From NCBI RefSeq assembly GCF_009914755.1, contig NC_060930.1: a stretch of 64,000 nucleotides of DNA; one strand, written 5' to 3'. Position 1 is the stretch's first letter; the number at the start of each line of letters is the position of its first letter. Positions 39,401-55,149 of the stretch are shown here, piece after piece. A program made the position numbers and the translations under genes. Source of the stretch: the human T2T-CHM13v2.0 reference genome, Homo sapiens. The notes beneath the pieces are model-generated. The model did not search any database. It was not told the DNA's origin and saw only the letters and a list, made by a program, of their open reading frames with translations.

Positions 39401-40306
39401 TGGTCGTACTTCAGGTGGCCCCAGTTTCTCTGCCTCCCTCAGTTCATTATCTCGGCAGGAAGGCGGAAGCATGCCATCCGCCCAGCTTTATCCTCTTCCT
39501 GTCTGTTGGCCCCTGGAGAGCATATGGAAGTCTGCAATGGCAAGCACCCAGTGGAGACCCTGTGCAGAGCAGGTGAATACAGTTTTCTGAGAGGCATGAA
39601 TAATCACCACCCTGCTCCGTTATCTTGCCGGTGTGGTCATGGTTGGGCAAGGACAAGTAGCCAGGCATGTACAGGGCGTGCATGGACCGCATCTCTGAAC
39701 ATCCCACAGCCATTTACAAGCTCCCTGTCAAATTCGTATTCTCTGTTCTTTTTATTCCCCCACACTCCCATATTCAAAGAATAAATACAATTTATTTTTC
39801 TCCATATATGAAACAAAGAAAACCAAGCTGTAGTTATAACTGAAAGTCTCTGAAAGCTTTCTGGAGTGAATTGTGTCTATTTAATTAAAAATAACAAATG
39901 TCTATCAATAGGGGTCTGAGTGTCTACATTTTGACATTTATAGACAATGGAATACCAAGGACATATTTAAGATAATTTTCATGGAGATCGATATTTATTA
40001 ATCCAGAAAGCTGTCTATGATGTATATTTGCATGGTCAAAAAAGCAGATTACAGAACAGATATAATGTGTTTCCATGTATTTATCCATGGCTGAATAAGC
40101 AGAGAAAATGTAAGGTTTTTTTCTTGATGTCTCTCCATTCCCTCTCATAATCTCCCATTCAGCAGTTAGTAGAAAGCAAAAAACAAACACACAGAAAACG
40201 AAATTTCTAATTTTGATTAAGCTCAACCCAATCTGAGCATGTAAATGGTCCTTTCACTAATACTCTGTCTCTTTTAGGAAAACTTCCCAGTTTCTACATG
40301 GCTTCT

Positions 40307-40789
40307 TATGCTGGTTAATTTTGTGTCAACTTGACTGGGCTACAGGGTGCCCAGATGTTTCATTAATCATTATGATGGGCGAGTCTGTGAGGGTGTTTCT
40401 GGATGAGATTCGCATTTACATTGGGAGATTGAGCAAAGCAAATTGCCCTCCCCAATTTGGGTGAGCTTCATCCAATCTGTGGAAGGCTTGAATGGAACAA
40501 AAAGGCTGAGTAAGGGAGAATTCACTGTCTTTCTGTCTGTCTTGGAGCTGGACATTGGTCTTCTCATGCCTTCAGAGTCACACTTGGCCTCGAATTTCCA
40601 CCATCAGCTTCTCAGGCTTTTAGCTTCAGACTGAAACTCAACTATCAGCTCTCCTGGGTCTCCAGCTTGCCAACTACACATCTTAAGACTTCTTAGCCTC
40701 CATAACCATGTAAGCCAATTCTTTATAATGACTCTCTTTATATAGTGCTTTTACTGGTTCTATTTGTCTGGAGAACCCTTACTAATATA
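40307..40789 (+). mobile_element. ERVL LTR (MLT2-type)
   Basis: 'ggttaattttgtgtcaacttgactgggc...ggttctatttgtctggagaaccct'. Confidence 0.88.
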
Positions 40790-41859
40790 CTCTCTTTACC
40801 CACTTCTCTTCCCTAGATGTTAGCCAGGCATGTGAGCTGAGAACTGTGTGTTTGGCGGAGGGAAGAGCCAGGTCTTTGATGGTCTTTTGAGTAGTCTCTG
40901 GTGCCTGAGGCAGTGTCCTTTGTCCCTCAGCTAACTTCTGTGGCCATTGGTCTCTTTCTCAGCTTGCCCAGAGTGGGAACTCCTTCCTGATTGATTCAGG
41001 TTTGCATGGGCTTCTCAAGCCTCAGACCCCAGATCTCTTTCAAGCTCCCCATCCAGTCTGCAGGCCCAGGTGCTCACCCAGCTTTGTAGCCAAGTCATTG
41101 GGCTTCACCTTGAGAAACTCCCAAAGCAGGCCCTCTGGGCCTCCATCCATCACCCACCCCACATAGAACTTGAGGAAATCAAGAAACAACCTCAGGCTTC
41201 CCTTGGCCTGACTGTGCTCACCTTCGAGATGGTGCAGCTGTGTTCAAACTGGGGTTAGGATGTGTTGAGAGGGGACTTCTTCCCAGAGTCCTAAGAGTCA
41301 CCTCCTCTGCCTTCCACATTACCCTCCCTTATGAAACACACCTCCTCCGTCACAGGGCCTGTGCCTGGAACCCCAGGATGGACTCCCTCTCTCTCCCTCA
41401 GTTCCCTTCTCACCCTCATCTAGAGCTGGAAAAAAAGAAGTCTTCCCTTACTTTCCCTACATCCTACCCTCCTTTTGCTTACAAGTGGCAAGTCTTGTGA
41501 TAAGCAGATTCCTCTAGGTTAGGCCCTTGAGAGATGGAAGAGAGAGGATCAAGTTACTTGGGAAATGCTCTCTCTAGACCCTAACCTGTTTACTATGTTG
41601 CCTTCTAATCTATTTTGTATGCCAGAAGCTGGAAATGGCCTTATTCTTTCTCTTTGTGTACCTTCTTTTAAAAAATCCTAAGTTTTCCCAAGTCTGATGA
41701 ATATCTAGTGCCAACCTGGAAAAAGGTCCAAGCTGTAAAACAAAAAACAAAACGGTACAATAGTAATGCTAAAATATTATCTTGTTAGTATTTATATATG
41801 CCTAGAATCATGTCTGAAAGAATATTCACCACAAAGATATTGTTAACTATTTCTGAATA

Positions 41860-42224
41860 CCATAGTCCCCGCTGATCTGCGGTTTCACTTTCTACGGTTT
41901 CAGTTACCTGAGATCACCTATAGCCTGAAAATATTAAATGAAAAATTCCAGAAATAAACAAATCATAAGTTTTAAGTTGCACACTGTCCTGAGCAGCGTG
42001 ATGAAATCTCACACCATCCTGCACCATCCCATGTGAAACGTGAATCCTCCCTTTGTCCAGCCTATCCACGTTGGAGATGCTCCCTGCTCGTTACACACTT
42101 AGAAGCCCTCTTGGTTATCAGATTCAAAAAAACATAGCATATAGAGAATTTGGTACTATTGGAGGTTGCAGTCATACACTGGGGGTCTTGGAATATATTC
42201 CCTGTGGATAAGGGAGAACTACTG
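41860..42224 (+). mobile_element. MER44A (Tigger-derived MITE)
   Basis: 'gcggtttcactttctacggtttcagttacc...aaattccagaaataaacaa...gataagggagaactactg' with terminal inverted repeats. Confidence 0.85.
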
Positions 42225-42580
42225 TGGTAGGAATAGGAAATCAGGATGATTTGTAACTTTCTTCATTTTGCTGACGCCAGCTTTTGTGGCGTTAAGAGAG
42301 TCAGTTCCTTCATTAACAGCACATACTGAGGGACCACCACGCTCAGGCTCCATTCTAGGGGCTGGGAATGTAGTGGTGTACAGGAGAGGCGGGAGAAGGG
42401 ATCCACTGAAGGACCACTGTGGCCCAACCTATGTTTCAAAGGCATTGCTCCAGCTGCGTTGCTGAGAATAGAGTAGAGGCAGGGCGCGATGCCAGGCTGG
42501 AAGCAGGACTAGTTATGAGGCTCCAGCAATGTTCTGGGAGAGCAACGTCAGTATTTCCCTGGTTTAAATTGCTGACCCCA

Positions 42581-43035
42581 CGTATTGGTTGCCTACAGCT
42601 GCTGTAACAAAGCATCAGACTTAGTGGCTTAAAACAACACAAAATTGTTACCTTACAGTTCTGGAGGTCAGAAGCCAAAATTAGTTTTATTGGGATAAAT
42701 GTTCTTGAGCAGGGCTGCATCCCTTCAGGAGACTAGAGGAAAAGCCTTTTTCTTCCCCATTCCAGCCTCTAAAGGCTGCCCACATTCCTTGGCTCAGGGC
42801 CCTCTTCCATCTTCAAAGCCAGCAATGGTGGGTGGAGTCTCTCATTTTGTATCATTTGTGATTAATTGGGCCCATCCAGATAATCTAGGATAGTCTCCCT
42901 ATTTTAAGGTCAACTGATTAACAACCATAATTCCATCTGCCACGTTAATTCCCATTTGCCATGGAATATATTCATACATTCTAGGGATTAGGGTGTGGAC
43001 ATCTTTGTGGGGGAGGTCATAATTCTGCCTACCCT
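42581..43035 (-). mobile_element. MaLR LTR (MLT1C/D-like)
   Basis: 'gctgctgtaacaaa...gtggcttaaaacaacac...cagttctggaggtcagaag'. Confidence 0.82.
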
Positions 43036-43053
43036 ATCCCAGCAGGCCAATAA

Positions 43054-43372
<319 letters not shown>

Positions 43373-46300
43373 TAGCATTGTCACTCAGAGCCATTCATCG
43401 ATCAGGTTTCTGATTTGACCCTATAGAGTGTGAGAATTAAATGAGATAACCTCAGCTCTTATTTACATAATAAGTTACATATTAAAACTCATATAACTAT
43501 AATATAGTTGCAGTCATATATTAAATGCTCAATAAAGATTAGTTTCTATTGGTATCACTAAATATCTTTAGAGATGGGCTTAATTGTCTGTGCTTAAGTC
43601 TCCCTATTATTTTAACTTCAATGCATTTACTAATGACATTTGCTGAGTACTAGCCATATGCCAGGTGCTTTGTATGCACTATTCATTTAATCTTTAATAC
43701 ATCCCTTTGAGATAATTACTAGTATTATCCCATAATAAAAATGAAAAAAATGAGACATTAAACAAAATGAAGTCACATGGTCAAGGGCATACAACCCAGA
43801 AATGGCAGCAGCAGCATCGGAATCCCAGGCTCATAACTTTAACTCTAATCTGCTCCAGTGTTCATGACAGCACTGTGACTTGAGAGCTGAGAAGATGTGA
43901 AGGGTGCTTTTCACCAGTTACACAAGAATAACTGATTTATCATTTTAAATTTTTTTCTCATAAAAATGACATATGATCATTGTAAAAGATTCCAAACAAT
44001 CCAGAAAAGTGATTTCTTTTGATTCCAGGTAACACAAAAATGTCAAATTCGTTTAAATAAAACAAAGGATTCATTCTTCTTGGGGAAGATTGAGCAGATA
44101 CTGCTGCTGCCATTTCTGGCTGTATGCCCTTGACCATGTGACTTCGTTTTTTTTAATATCTCATTTTTTTCATTTTTATTATGGGATAATACTAGTAATG
44201 ATCTCAAAGGGATGTATTAAAGATTCATTCTTCTTGGGGAAGAATGAATTTTAAGATTAAGTTCATGGAGCCCAAGAACAGAAATGCCACATGGTCTCCC
44301 AAGGAACTCACTCAACCAGAATCTCAGGAAATAATTTAAAAAGCGGTCTGCATGTTCAATTTTTTCAGAAAGGGAAGTGGTTACCTATATTTTGTCAAGT
44401 CAGTCAACAAACATTCATCGAGGGCAACTCTATGCCAGACATTGTGGGAAAGACGAGAAAACCATGGTTGAGAGTTTCTGAAAATGGCAGACTAAGATGG
44501 TGAATAGGAGGCAAGATTAGCTTGCAGCTCCCACTCAGGCAGAGCGGCCTGCGGAGACTCACATCATGAACTTTTGCTCCAAGAACTACCACAGATACAT
44601 ACCAGGAAAGCCGAGAGAATCCACAGACCCTTTGAAGGAACTGGATCACCACTGCAGGCTCCCTGAGATGCTGAAAAACTGTGAGTCTACTTGCTTTCTC
44701 AAAGGGGAGACTCATGGTCTGGAGCAAGTTCTCAGCCCTGGTCATCGGATGCCTGGAAATAGAGTCAGTGCTGTTGTAGGGGCATGGTGGGAGTGAGACC
44801 AGCCTTTAGGATGGCAGGCTGCATCAGAGCAGGGTGAAACCTGTGACTGCCCTCTTTTCCCTACTTCCCTGGCAACTTGTATGACTCAGCAGAGGCAAAT
44901 ATTCCCTGGGAATATAACTCCATTGGACTGGGAAGCACACCTCCATCCCCCACAGCAGCTGCAGCAAGCCCTGCCCAAGGAGAGGCTGAGCTCAGACATG
45001 CCTATCCCTGCCCCAAGCTGGTGGCCTTTTTCTACCCACCCTGATAGCCAAAGACAAAGGTCATAAACTCTTGGGAGCTCTACGGCCCTGCTCACTGCCT
45101 GGGAAACCTGAATACTTAACCAGGTGTCCCTAGGGCAAGTTTGCATCCTCTCTATAGGACTGCAGCTGACACGCTCTTGAAAAAGCACCACCTCCTGGCT
45201 GGAGGCCAACACAAAACCAGGGCACTAAACAAAAACACAATCAAGGACCCACACAGAGTCCACTTCACTCCCCTGCCACCTCCACTGAAGCAGGTGTTGG
45301 TATCCATAGATGCAAGACCTGAAGGCGGGTCACATCACAGGACTCTTTGCAGATACTCCCCAGTACCCCAACCCGGAGCCAAGTAGCTCCACTGGGTGGC
45401 CAGACCCAGAAGAGCAAAAACAGTCACTACAGTTTGGCTCTCAGGGAGCCCCATTCCTGGGGGAAGGGAGAACATCACATCAAGGAGCACCCCATGGGAC
45501 AAAAGAATCTGAACAGCAGCCCTTGAGTCGTAGCTAGATCTTCCCTCTGAGAGAGTCCACCCAAATGAGAATCAGAAAAACAGTTCTGGTAATATGACAA
45601 AACAAGGTTCTTTAACACCCCCAAAAGATCATACCAGCTCACCAGCAATGGAATCAAACCAAGACAAAATCTCTGAATTGACAGAAAACGAATAAGGTCA
45701 AGAAAGTCAATTATTAAGCTAATCAAGGAGCCACCAGAGAAAGTTGAAGTCCAATTTAAAGAAATCAAGAACATGATACAGGATATGAAGGGAAAATTCT
45801 TCAGTGAAATAGACTGCATAAATAAAAAACAATCACAATTTCTGGAAATCAAGGACACACTTAGAGAAATGCAAAATGCACTGTAAAGCCTCAGCAATAG
45901 AATTGAACAAGCATAAGAAAAAACTTCAGAGCTTGAAGACAAGGCTTTGAATTAACCCAATCTATTAAAGACAAGGAAAAAATAATTTTTTAAAAAATGA
46001 ACATAGCCTTTAAGAAGTTTGGGACTGTGTTAAATATCCAAACCTAAGAATAACTGGTGTTCCTGAGGAAGAGAAATCCAAAAGTTTGCAAAACATATTT
46101 GAGGAAATAATCGAAGAAAACTACCCTGGCCTTGATACAGATCTAGACATCCAAATACAAGAAGCTCAAAGAACACCTGGGAAATTCACTGCAAAAAGAT
46201 CATTGCCTAGGCACATAGTCATCAGGCTATCTAAAGTCAAGACAAAGGAAAGAATCTAAAGAGCTGCGAGGCAAAAGCATCAGGTAACCTATAAAGGAAA

Positions 46301-49300
46301 ACCTATCAGATTAACAGCAGATTTCTCAGCAGGAACCCTACAAACTACAAGAGATTGGGGTCCTATTTTAGCCTCCTTAAACAAAGCAATTATCAGCCAA
46401 GAATTTTGTATCCAGCAAAACTAAGCTTTAGAAGTAAAAGAAAGATATAGTCTTTTCCAGAAAAACAAATGCAGAGAGAATTCGCCACTTCCAAGCCAGC
46501 ACCACAAGAACTGCTAAAAGGAGCTCTAAATCTTGAAACAAATCCTTGAAATACACCAAAATATAACCTCACAAATCTCACAGGACCTCTATAACAATAA
46601 CACAATGAAAAAAAAAAAGGTATTGAGGCAACAAATAGCACAATGAATAGTACCTCGCATCTCAATACTCACATTGAACATAAATGGCCTAAATGCTCCA
46701 CTTAAAAGATACAGAATGGCAGAAAGGATAAGAATTCACCAACCAAGTTTCTGCTGTCTTCAGGATACTCACCCAAAACATAAGGACCCACATAAACTTA
46801 AGGTAAAGGGGTGGAAAAAGATATTCCTTGCAAATGGACACCAAAAGTAAGCAGGAGTACCTATTCTTATATCAGAAAAAGCAAACTTTAAAGCAACAGC
46901 AGTTAAAAAAGACAAAGAGGGATATTATACAATGATAAAAGGACTAGTTCAAAAGGAAAATAGGGACACAATTCTAAATATATACACACCTAACACTGGA
47001 GCGCTCAAGTTTATAAAACAACTACTACTAGACCTAAAAGATGAGATAGATAGCAACACAATAATAGTGGGGGACTTTAATACTCTACTGACAACACTAG
47101 ACAGGTCATCAAGACAGAAAGTCAACAAAGAAACAATGGTCCTAAACTATACCCTACAACAAACAGACTTAATAGATATTTACAGAATGTTCTACCCAAC
47201 AACTGCAGAATGTACATTCTATTCATCAGCACATGGAATATTCTTCAAGTTAGACCATATGATAGGCCACAAAACAAGTCTCAGTAAATTTAAGAAAATT
47301 GAATTTATATCAGATAGTCTCTCAGACAACAGTAGAATAAAATTGGAAATCAACTCCAGAAAGAACCCCAAAAACCATGCAAATACATGGAAATTAAATA
47401 ACCTGCTCCTGAATGATCATTGGATCAACAATGAAATTAAGATGGAAATTAAAAAATTCTTTGAACTGAATGATAATAGTGACACAACCTATCAAAACCT
47501 CTGGGATACAGCAAAAGCAGTGCTAAGAGGAAAGTTCATAGCATTAAATGCCTACATCAGAAAGTCTGAAAACAAATAGACAATGTAAGGTCCCACCTTA
47601 CAGAACTAGAGAAACAAGAACAACCCAAACCCAAACCCAGCAGAAGAAAAGAAATAACAAAGATCAGAGCAGAAATAAATGAAATTGAAAAAAAAACAAT
47701 ATAAAAGATAAATGAAATAAAAAGGTGGTTCTTTGAAAATATAAATAAAATTGATGGACCATTAGCAAGATTAACCAAGGAAAGAAAAGAGAAGATCCAA
47801 ATAAGCTCAATTAGAAACGAAATGGGAGCTATTACAACTGATGCCACAGAAATACAAAAGATTATTCCAAGCTACTATGAAAACCTTTATGCACATAAAC
47901 TAGAAAACGTAGAGGAGATGGATAAATTCATGGAAATATACAACCCTCTTAGATTAAACCAGGAAGATACAGAATCTCTGAACAGACCAATAACAAGCAC
48001 CAAGGGTGAAATGGTAATTTTAAAATTGCCAACAAAAAAAAAAGTCCAGGACCAGATGGATTCACAGCTGAATTCTAATAGTCATTGAAAGAAGAATTGG
48101 TACCAATCCTATTGACAGTATTCCAAAAGATAAAGAAAGAGGGAATCCTCCCTAACTCATTCTATGAAGCCAGTATTACCCTAATACTGAAACCAGGGAA
48201 GGACATAACAAAAAAAGAAAACTGCAGACCAATATCCCTGATGAACATAGATGCAAAAATCCTCAACAAAATACTAGCAAACCAAATCCAACAGCATATC
48301 AAAAAGATAATCCACCATGATTAAGTGGGTTTCATACCAGGGATGCAGGGATGGTTTAACATATGTAAGTCAATAAATGTGATATATCACTTAAACAGAA
48401 TTAACAACAAATCACATGATCATCTCAATAGATGCAGAAAAAGCGTTTGACAAAATCCTTTATGATTAAAACTCTCAGCAAAATCAGCATAGAAGGGACA
48501 CATCTTCAGGCCATCTATGACAAACCCACAGCCAACCTTATGCTGAATGGGGAAAGGATGAAAGCATTCCCCCTGAGAACTGGAACAAGACAAGGATGCC
48601 CACTTTCACCACTTCTATTCAACGTAGTACTGGAAGTCCTAGCCAGAGCAATCAGACAACAGGAAGAAATAAATGGCATCCAAATCCGTAAAGAGGAAGT
48701 CAAACTGTTGTTGTTTGCTGGTGATATGATAATATGCCTAGAAAACCCTAAAGACTCATCCAAAAAGCTCCTAGAACTGATACATGAATTCAGCAAAGTT
48801 TCCAGATAAAAAATTAATGTACACAAATCAGTAGTTCTGCTATACACCAACAGCGACCAAGCTGAGAATCAAATCAAGAACTCAACCACTTTCAGAATAG
48901 CTGCAAAAAATATATATATATATATACTTAGGAATATACCTAACCAAGGATATAAAAGATCTCTACAAGACAAACTACAAAACACTGCTGAAAGCGATCA
49001 TAGATGACACAAACAAATGGAGACATATCCCACACTTACGGATGGATAGAATCAATATTGTGAAAACGACCATACTGAGAAAAATGACCACACTACAAAT
49101 TCAGTGCAATTTCTATTTAAAAAAAAAAAAACCACCATCATTCTTCACAGAACTAGAAAAAAGTTCTAAAATTCATGTGGAACCAAAAAAGAGCCTGCAT
49201 AGCCAAAGCAAGACTAAGCAAAAAGAACAACTCTGGAGGCATCACATTACTCAACTTAAAACTATACTATAAGGACATAGTCACCAAAACAGCATGGTAC

Positions 49301-49875
49301 TGGTATAAACATAAGCATATAGAACAATAGGCATATAGACAACCCAGAAATAAAGCCAAATACTTACAGCCAACTGATCTTCAACAAAGAAAACAAAAAT
49401 ATAAAGTGGGGAAAGGATATCCTATTCAACAAATTCTGCTGGGATAATTGACAGCCACATGTGGAAGAATGAAACTGGATCTTCATCTCTCATCCTAAAC
49501 AAAAATCAACTCAAGATGGATCAAAGACTTAAATCTAAGACATGAAACCATAAAGATTCTAGAAGATAACATTGGAAAAGCCCCTCTAGACACTGGCTTA
49601 GGCAAAGACTTCATGACCAAGAACCCAAAAGCAAATGCAAGAAAAACAAAGATAAATAGATGGGGCTTAGTTAAACTAAAAAGCTTCTGCACAGCAAAAG
49701 AAATAAGAGTTAACACACAACCCACAGAGTGGGAGAAAATCTTCACAATCTATATATCTGACAAAGGACTAATATCCAGAATCTACAAAGAACTCAAATT
49801 GGCAAGAAAAACAAACAAACAATCCCATGAAAAAGTGAGCCAAGATATGAATAGACTATTCTCAAAAGAAGATAT

Positions 49876-51344
<1,469 letters not shown>

Positions 51345-51770
51345 AAAAGAAGATATACAAATGGACAAGTACATGGAAAAATGCTCAACATCACTAATGA
51401 TGTTGAGGGAAGTACAAATCAAAACCACAATGCAATACCACCTCATTCTTGCAAGAATGGCCGTAATCAAAAAACCAAAAATTAATAGATGTTGGTGTGG
51501 ATGTGGTGAAAAAGGAACACTTTTACACTGTTGGTGGGAATGTAAACTAGTACCACCACTATGGAAAACAGTGTGGAGATTCGTTAAAGAACTAAAGGTA
51601 GATCTACCATTTGATCCAGCAATACCACTACTAGGTATCTACTGAGAAGAAAAGAAGTCATTGTATGAAAAAGATACTTGCACATGCATGTTTGTAGCAG
51701 CACAATTTGCAATTGCAAAAATCTGGAACCAGCCCAAATGCCCATCAATCAACAAGTGGATAAAGAAAAT

Positions 51771-51812
51771 GTGGTGTGTATATATATATGTGTATATACA
51801 TATATATATATG

Positions 51813-51847
<35 letters not shown>

Positions 51848-51975
51848 AAATGTACACACACCATGAATTACTACTCATGGAATACATATATATGTGTGTG
51901 TGTGTATATATATATACACACACACACATATATATGTACATATATGTATATATAGTATATATATGTACATATATG

Positions 51976-52007
<32 letters not shown>

Positions 52008-52010
52008 CAC
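51771..52010. repeat. Complex (TA)/(TG)/(CA) microsatellite expansion within the L1PB 3' region
   Basis: Alternating purine-pyrimidine tract with an internal repeat of 'accatg...actactca'. Confidence 0.9.
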
Positions 52011-53067
52011 CATGGAATACTACTCAGCCATAAAAAGGAATGAAATAATGGCATTTGCAGAAATCTGGATGAAATCAGAGATTATTATTCTAAGTAAAGT
52101 AACTCAGGAATGGAAAACCAAACATTATATGTTTTCACTCATATATGGGAGTTAAGCTACAAGGATGCAAATGCATAAGAATGATACATTGGACTTTGGG
52201 GACTTGGGGGAAAGGGGGTGTGGTGGCGCACAAAAGATTACACATTGGGTATAGTGTACACTGCCTGGGTGATGGGTGCACCAAAATCTCAGAAATCACC
52301 ACTAAATAACTTATTCATATAACCAAACACTACCTGTTCCCCAAAAACCAATTGAAATAAAAAAATTCAGGCTGTGATATCTCATGACCACCCTTCTGTC
52401 AACCAACCTCTTTTGCTAGCACCCTGATTAGCCATTACCTTGGTCTGTTTCCAGGATCCATCCAGTGAGAGTACAAACCAGCAGCATATGATTAAGTTAG
52501 CCTGTTCCCTTTGTCGGGCTTTGCAAACGAGAGGAAGAGGGATCAGCCTAACTCCAAACACAACATCAACTTCTTGGAGATACTAGTACTGTGCCCAAAT
52601 CTTCAATGGCAGATTCCTAGAAAATAAGACCTTAACGAGACCTATATTTTCATACTACAACTTTTCTCTTCAACACCTGGCAAATATTCCATATTATATA
52701 ATTAGTCACACGTGTCAAACATCTGGTTGTCACATTCTGACTTGATCCAGAGATACTGCTAACTATTCCTATCGAGTAGTGAGAAGGAAAATATTTATGA
52801 TTAATACCAGTTCAATAACCAGGGAAGGATTTAGCCTTCCTGTCTCTTTGAATTATCATATCATTGCACTTTTTTTCTTCTCCTCTTCAGTCTTTGATCA
52901 TTTCTTTCTACCTTCTTTTGCTTCCAAACTAAGAGTGTTTCCAAGGTTATGACCTTAGAAACAGACGTTTTTTGTTCTTTGAAAGTTATAAAGAACTCAA
53001 GTATTTTTTTAAAAGTCTCCTTTTTTCAATGGTAAATAGATTCTTAATGACCCTACAAGTGGTGCGA

Positions 53068-53184
53068 AGACTATAACTGTAGAAGAGTAATTCTACAATT
53101 ACTTATTATGTAGAATTGTATTATGTAATTATGTAGAATTGCATTATGTAATTATGTAGAATTACTCTTCTACAGTTATAGTCT
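53068..53184. repeat. Perfect 30-bp inverted repeat enclosing a 23-bp tandem array
   Basis: agactataactgtagaagagtaattctaca (53068-53097) is the exact reverse complement of 53155-53184. Confidence 0.96.
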
Positions 53185-53364
53185 GCCAAAGTTTGGTAAT
53201 TGTTATTTTGTCTTTGGCTAGAAAATTATCTGTTTTCTTTACATTTTCCAATACATTATAGAATTGCATATAATATCCTTTTATAATTATTTTCACCATG
53301 TGAAAACCTGCGGTTGCATCTCCATTTTCATTCCAAAGCTGAACACATTTGTTTTCCTTTCTAT

Positions 53365-55090
53365 CCAACCTTTAAATGTTGGGCTTTCTTAGCCTTCTTC
53401 TCTATTCCACTTGCTCCTTAGACAACATCACCCATGCTCACGGCTTCAGTTGCCATCTATGTGCTAAATGGCCTCAAACTATTATCTTCAGCACAGAACC
53501 CGTCCCTGATTTCTGGAGCTACAAATCCACTGCCTACTCTAACTCTCCTCTTGGATATTTTAAAGATATCTTATATAAGTTGTACAAAATAGAACTTAGC
53601 ATCATTCTCTTTAAGCCTGCATCTCCTACTCTCCCTTATTTCAGTGAATGGCATCACCCATTGGCTCTACATCCTTCTCCACTCGTGTCTACTTCGTGTC
53701 CTAAATACCTCTTGATTCCATCCACTCCTCTCCAACTCCACTGCGACCACTCAACACCAAGTTACCGTAAGCATTCTCTTAGATGCCTACACTGCCTGCT
53801 AAATGGGCTCCATGTGCTGTATCCCCTTTTGTCCTCTTTTAATGGCTTCTCTTACTGCAGTCTAAGCAATCTCTTTTAAAATCGTGAAATAATTTCAGAC
53901 TTACAGAAAAGTTGCAAAAGCAGCATGAAGAATTTATTGCACCTGGGTTCTCCAAATATTAATTTTTCCTGAATTCTGAGCATCAACAAGTATTAATATT
54001 TTATCATGTTTTATCATGGGTCATTTGTTTTCATAGTAACTCTCATTCTCATTCATTCTATCTCTACTTTTTCTCCTAAGCCATTTGAGAGTAAGTTACA
54101 CACAAGATGCCCTTCTACCCTTAAGTATTATAGTGTGCAAAGACAAGGATATTCTTTGAGATAGCCTCAATACAATTATGAAAATCAGGAAATTGACATT
54201 GATCTAAGGTCTAATCTATAGATATTTTTCAATTTTTTCCAGTTGTCTCACTAATGCCCTTTATAGCAAGAGAAAAAAGTGCTGGTCCAGAATCCATCCC
54301 AGATCACATGTTGCCATGTCTCCTCAGTCTCCTTCAACCTGGAACAGTTCCTCAGTCTTTCCCTGTCTTTTGATACTTCACTGTGTAAGTATGTGTGTGT
54401 GTTTTAAAAGAATACAGGGAACTTTGTAGAATGTCCCTCCCATTGGGTGTGTCTTATGTTTTCCCACAATCTGATCCAGGCATGTGTTGTTAGCAGAAGT
54501 ATCACAGAGTGATGTTATGTTCTTCTCAGTGCATTACATGAGGAGGTACATGATGCTGATTCATCCATTAGTGGTAATGGTAACTTTGATCACTTGGTTA
54601 GAGTGGTGTCTGTTAGCTTTCTCTATTTATTTTTTTTCCCTTGGCAGTCAGTAAGTATTTTGTGGCAAAGTACTTTGACACTATATAAATATCCTGTTTC
54701 TCATCAAACTTTCACCCATAAAATTTAGCATTACATGATCTGCTCTGCTTTGAACTTTGTAATAACTTCTCATGCCTTTAAGATAAACTCTGAAATCCTT
54801 AATGTAGCCAGAGGCCCTGAATGGTCTGGTTCTTGCTTACATTATCAGCCTCATTATGAGCTGCTTTCCCCCTTGCTCTCAACTCTAATCACACTGGCCA
54901 CTTTCAGTTCTTTGCTAATGCACTGCACACCTTCCCTATTCAGGATTTTTACATAGGCTCTTCCTTCTTCCCGGAATGTGTGCCCCCCAGTTTCCTTTTT
55001 GCTTAGTTAAGCCTAGCTGAGCACAGATGTCACATCTACAAAGAAGCGTTCTCTGTTCCCTCACACTAAGTTGAGTCCCATGTCCCTTTT
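53365..55090 (+). mobile_element. L2 (RT region to 3' part), interrupted by an L1M fragment
   Basis: Translation 'HAHGFSCHLCAKWPQ' aligns with the L2 RT motif HSHGFNYHLYADDSQ; L2-like sequence resumes at about 54736. Confidence 0.75.
53880..54735 (-). mobile_element. L1MC/ME 3'UTR fragment
   Basis: 'aataatttcagacttacagaaaagttgcaaaa' and 'taactttgatcacttggttagagtggtgtctg'. Confidence 0.7.
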
Positions 55091-55149
55091 TCATAGTTGT
55101 AGGGCTCACTGTTGGTTGCCTGTCATTGTTCTTCCTCTGAGATAAGTGA

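Noticed and set aside
53376-53879. 167-aa ORF
   Set aside because: Residual L2 RT frame with the YADD motif destroyed; no evidence of domestication
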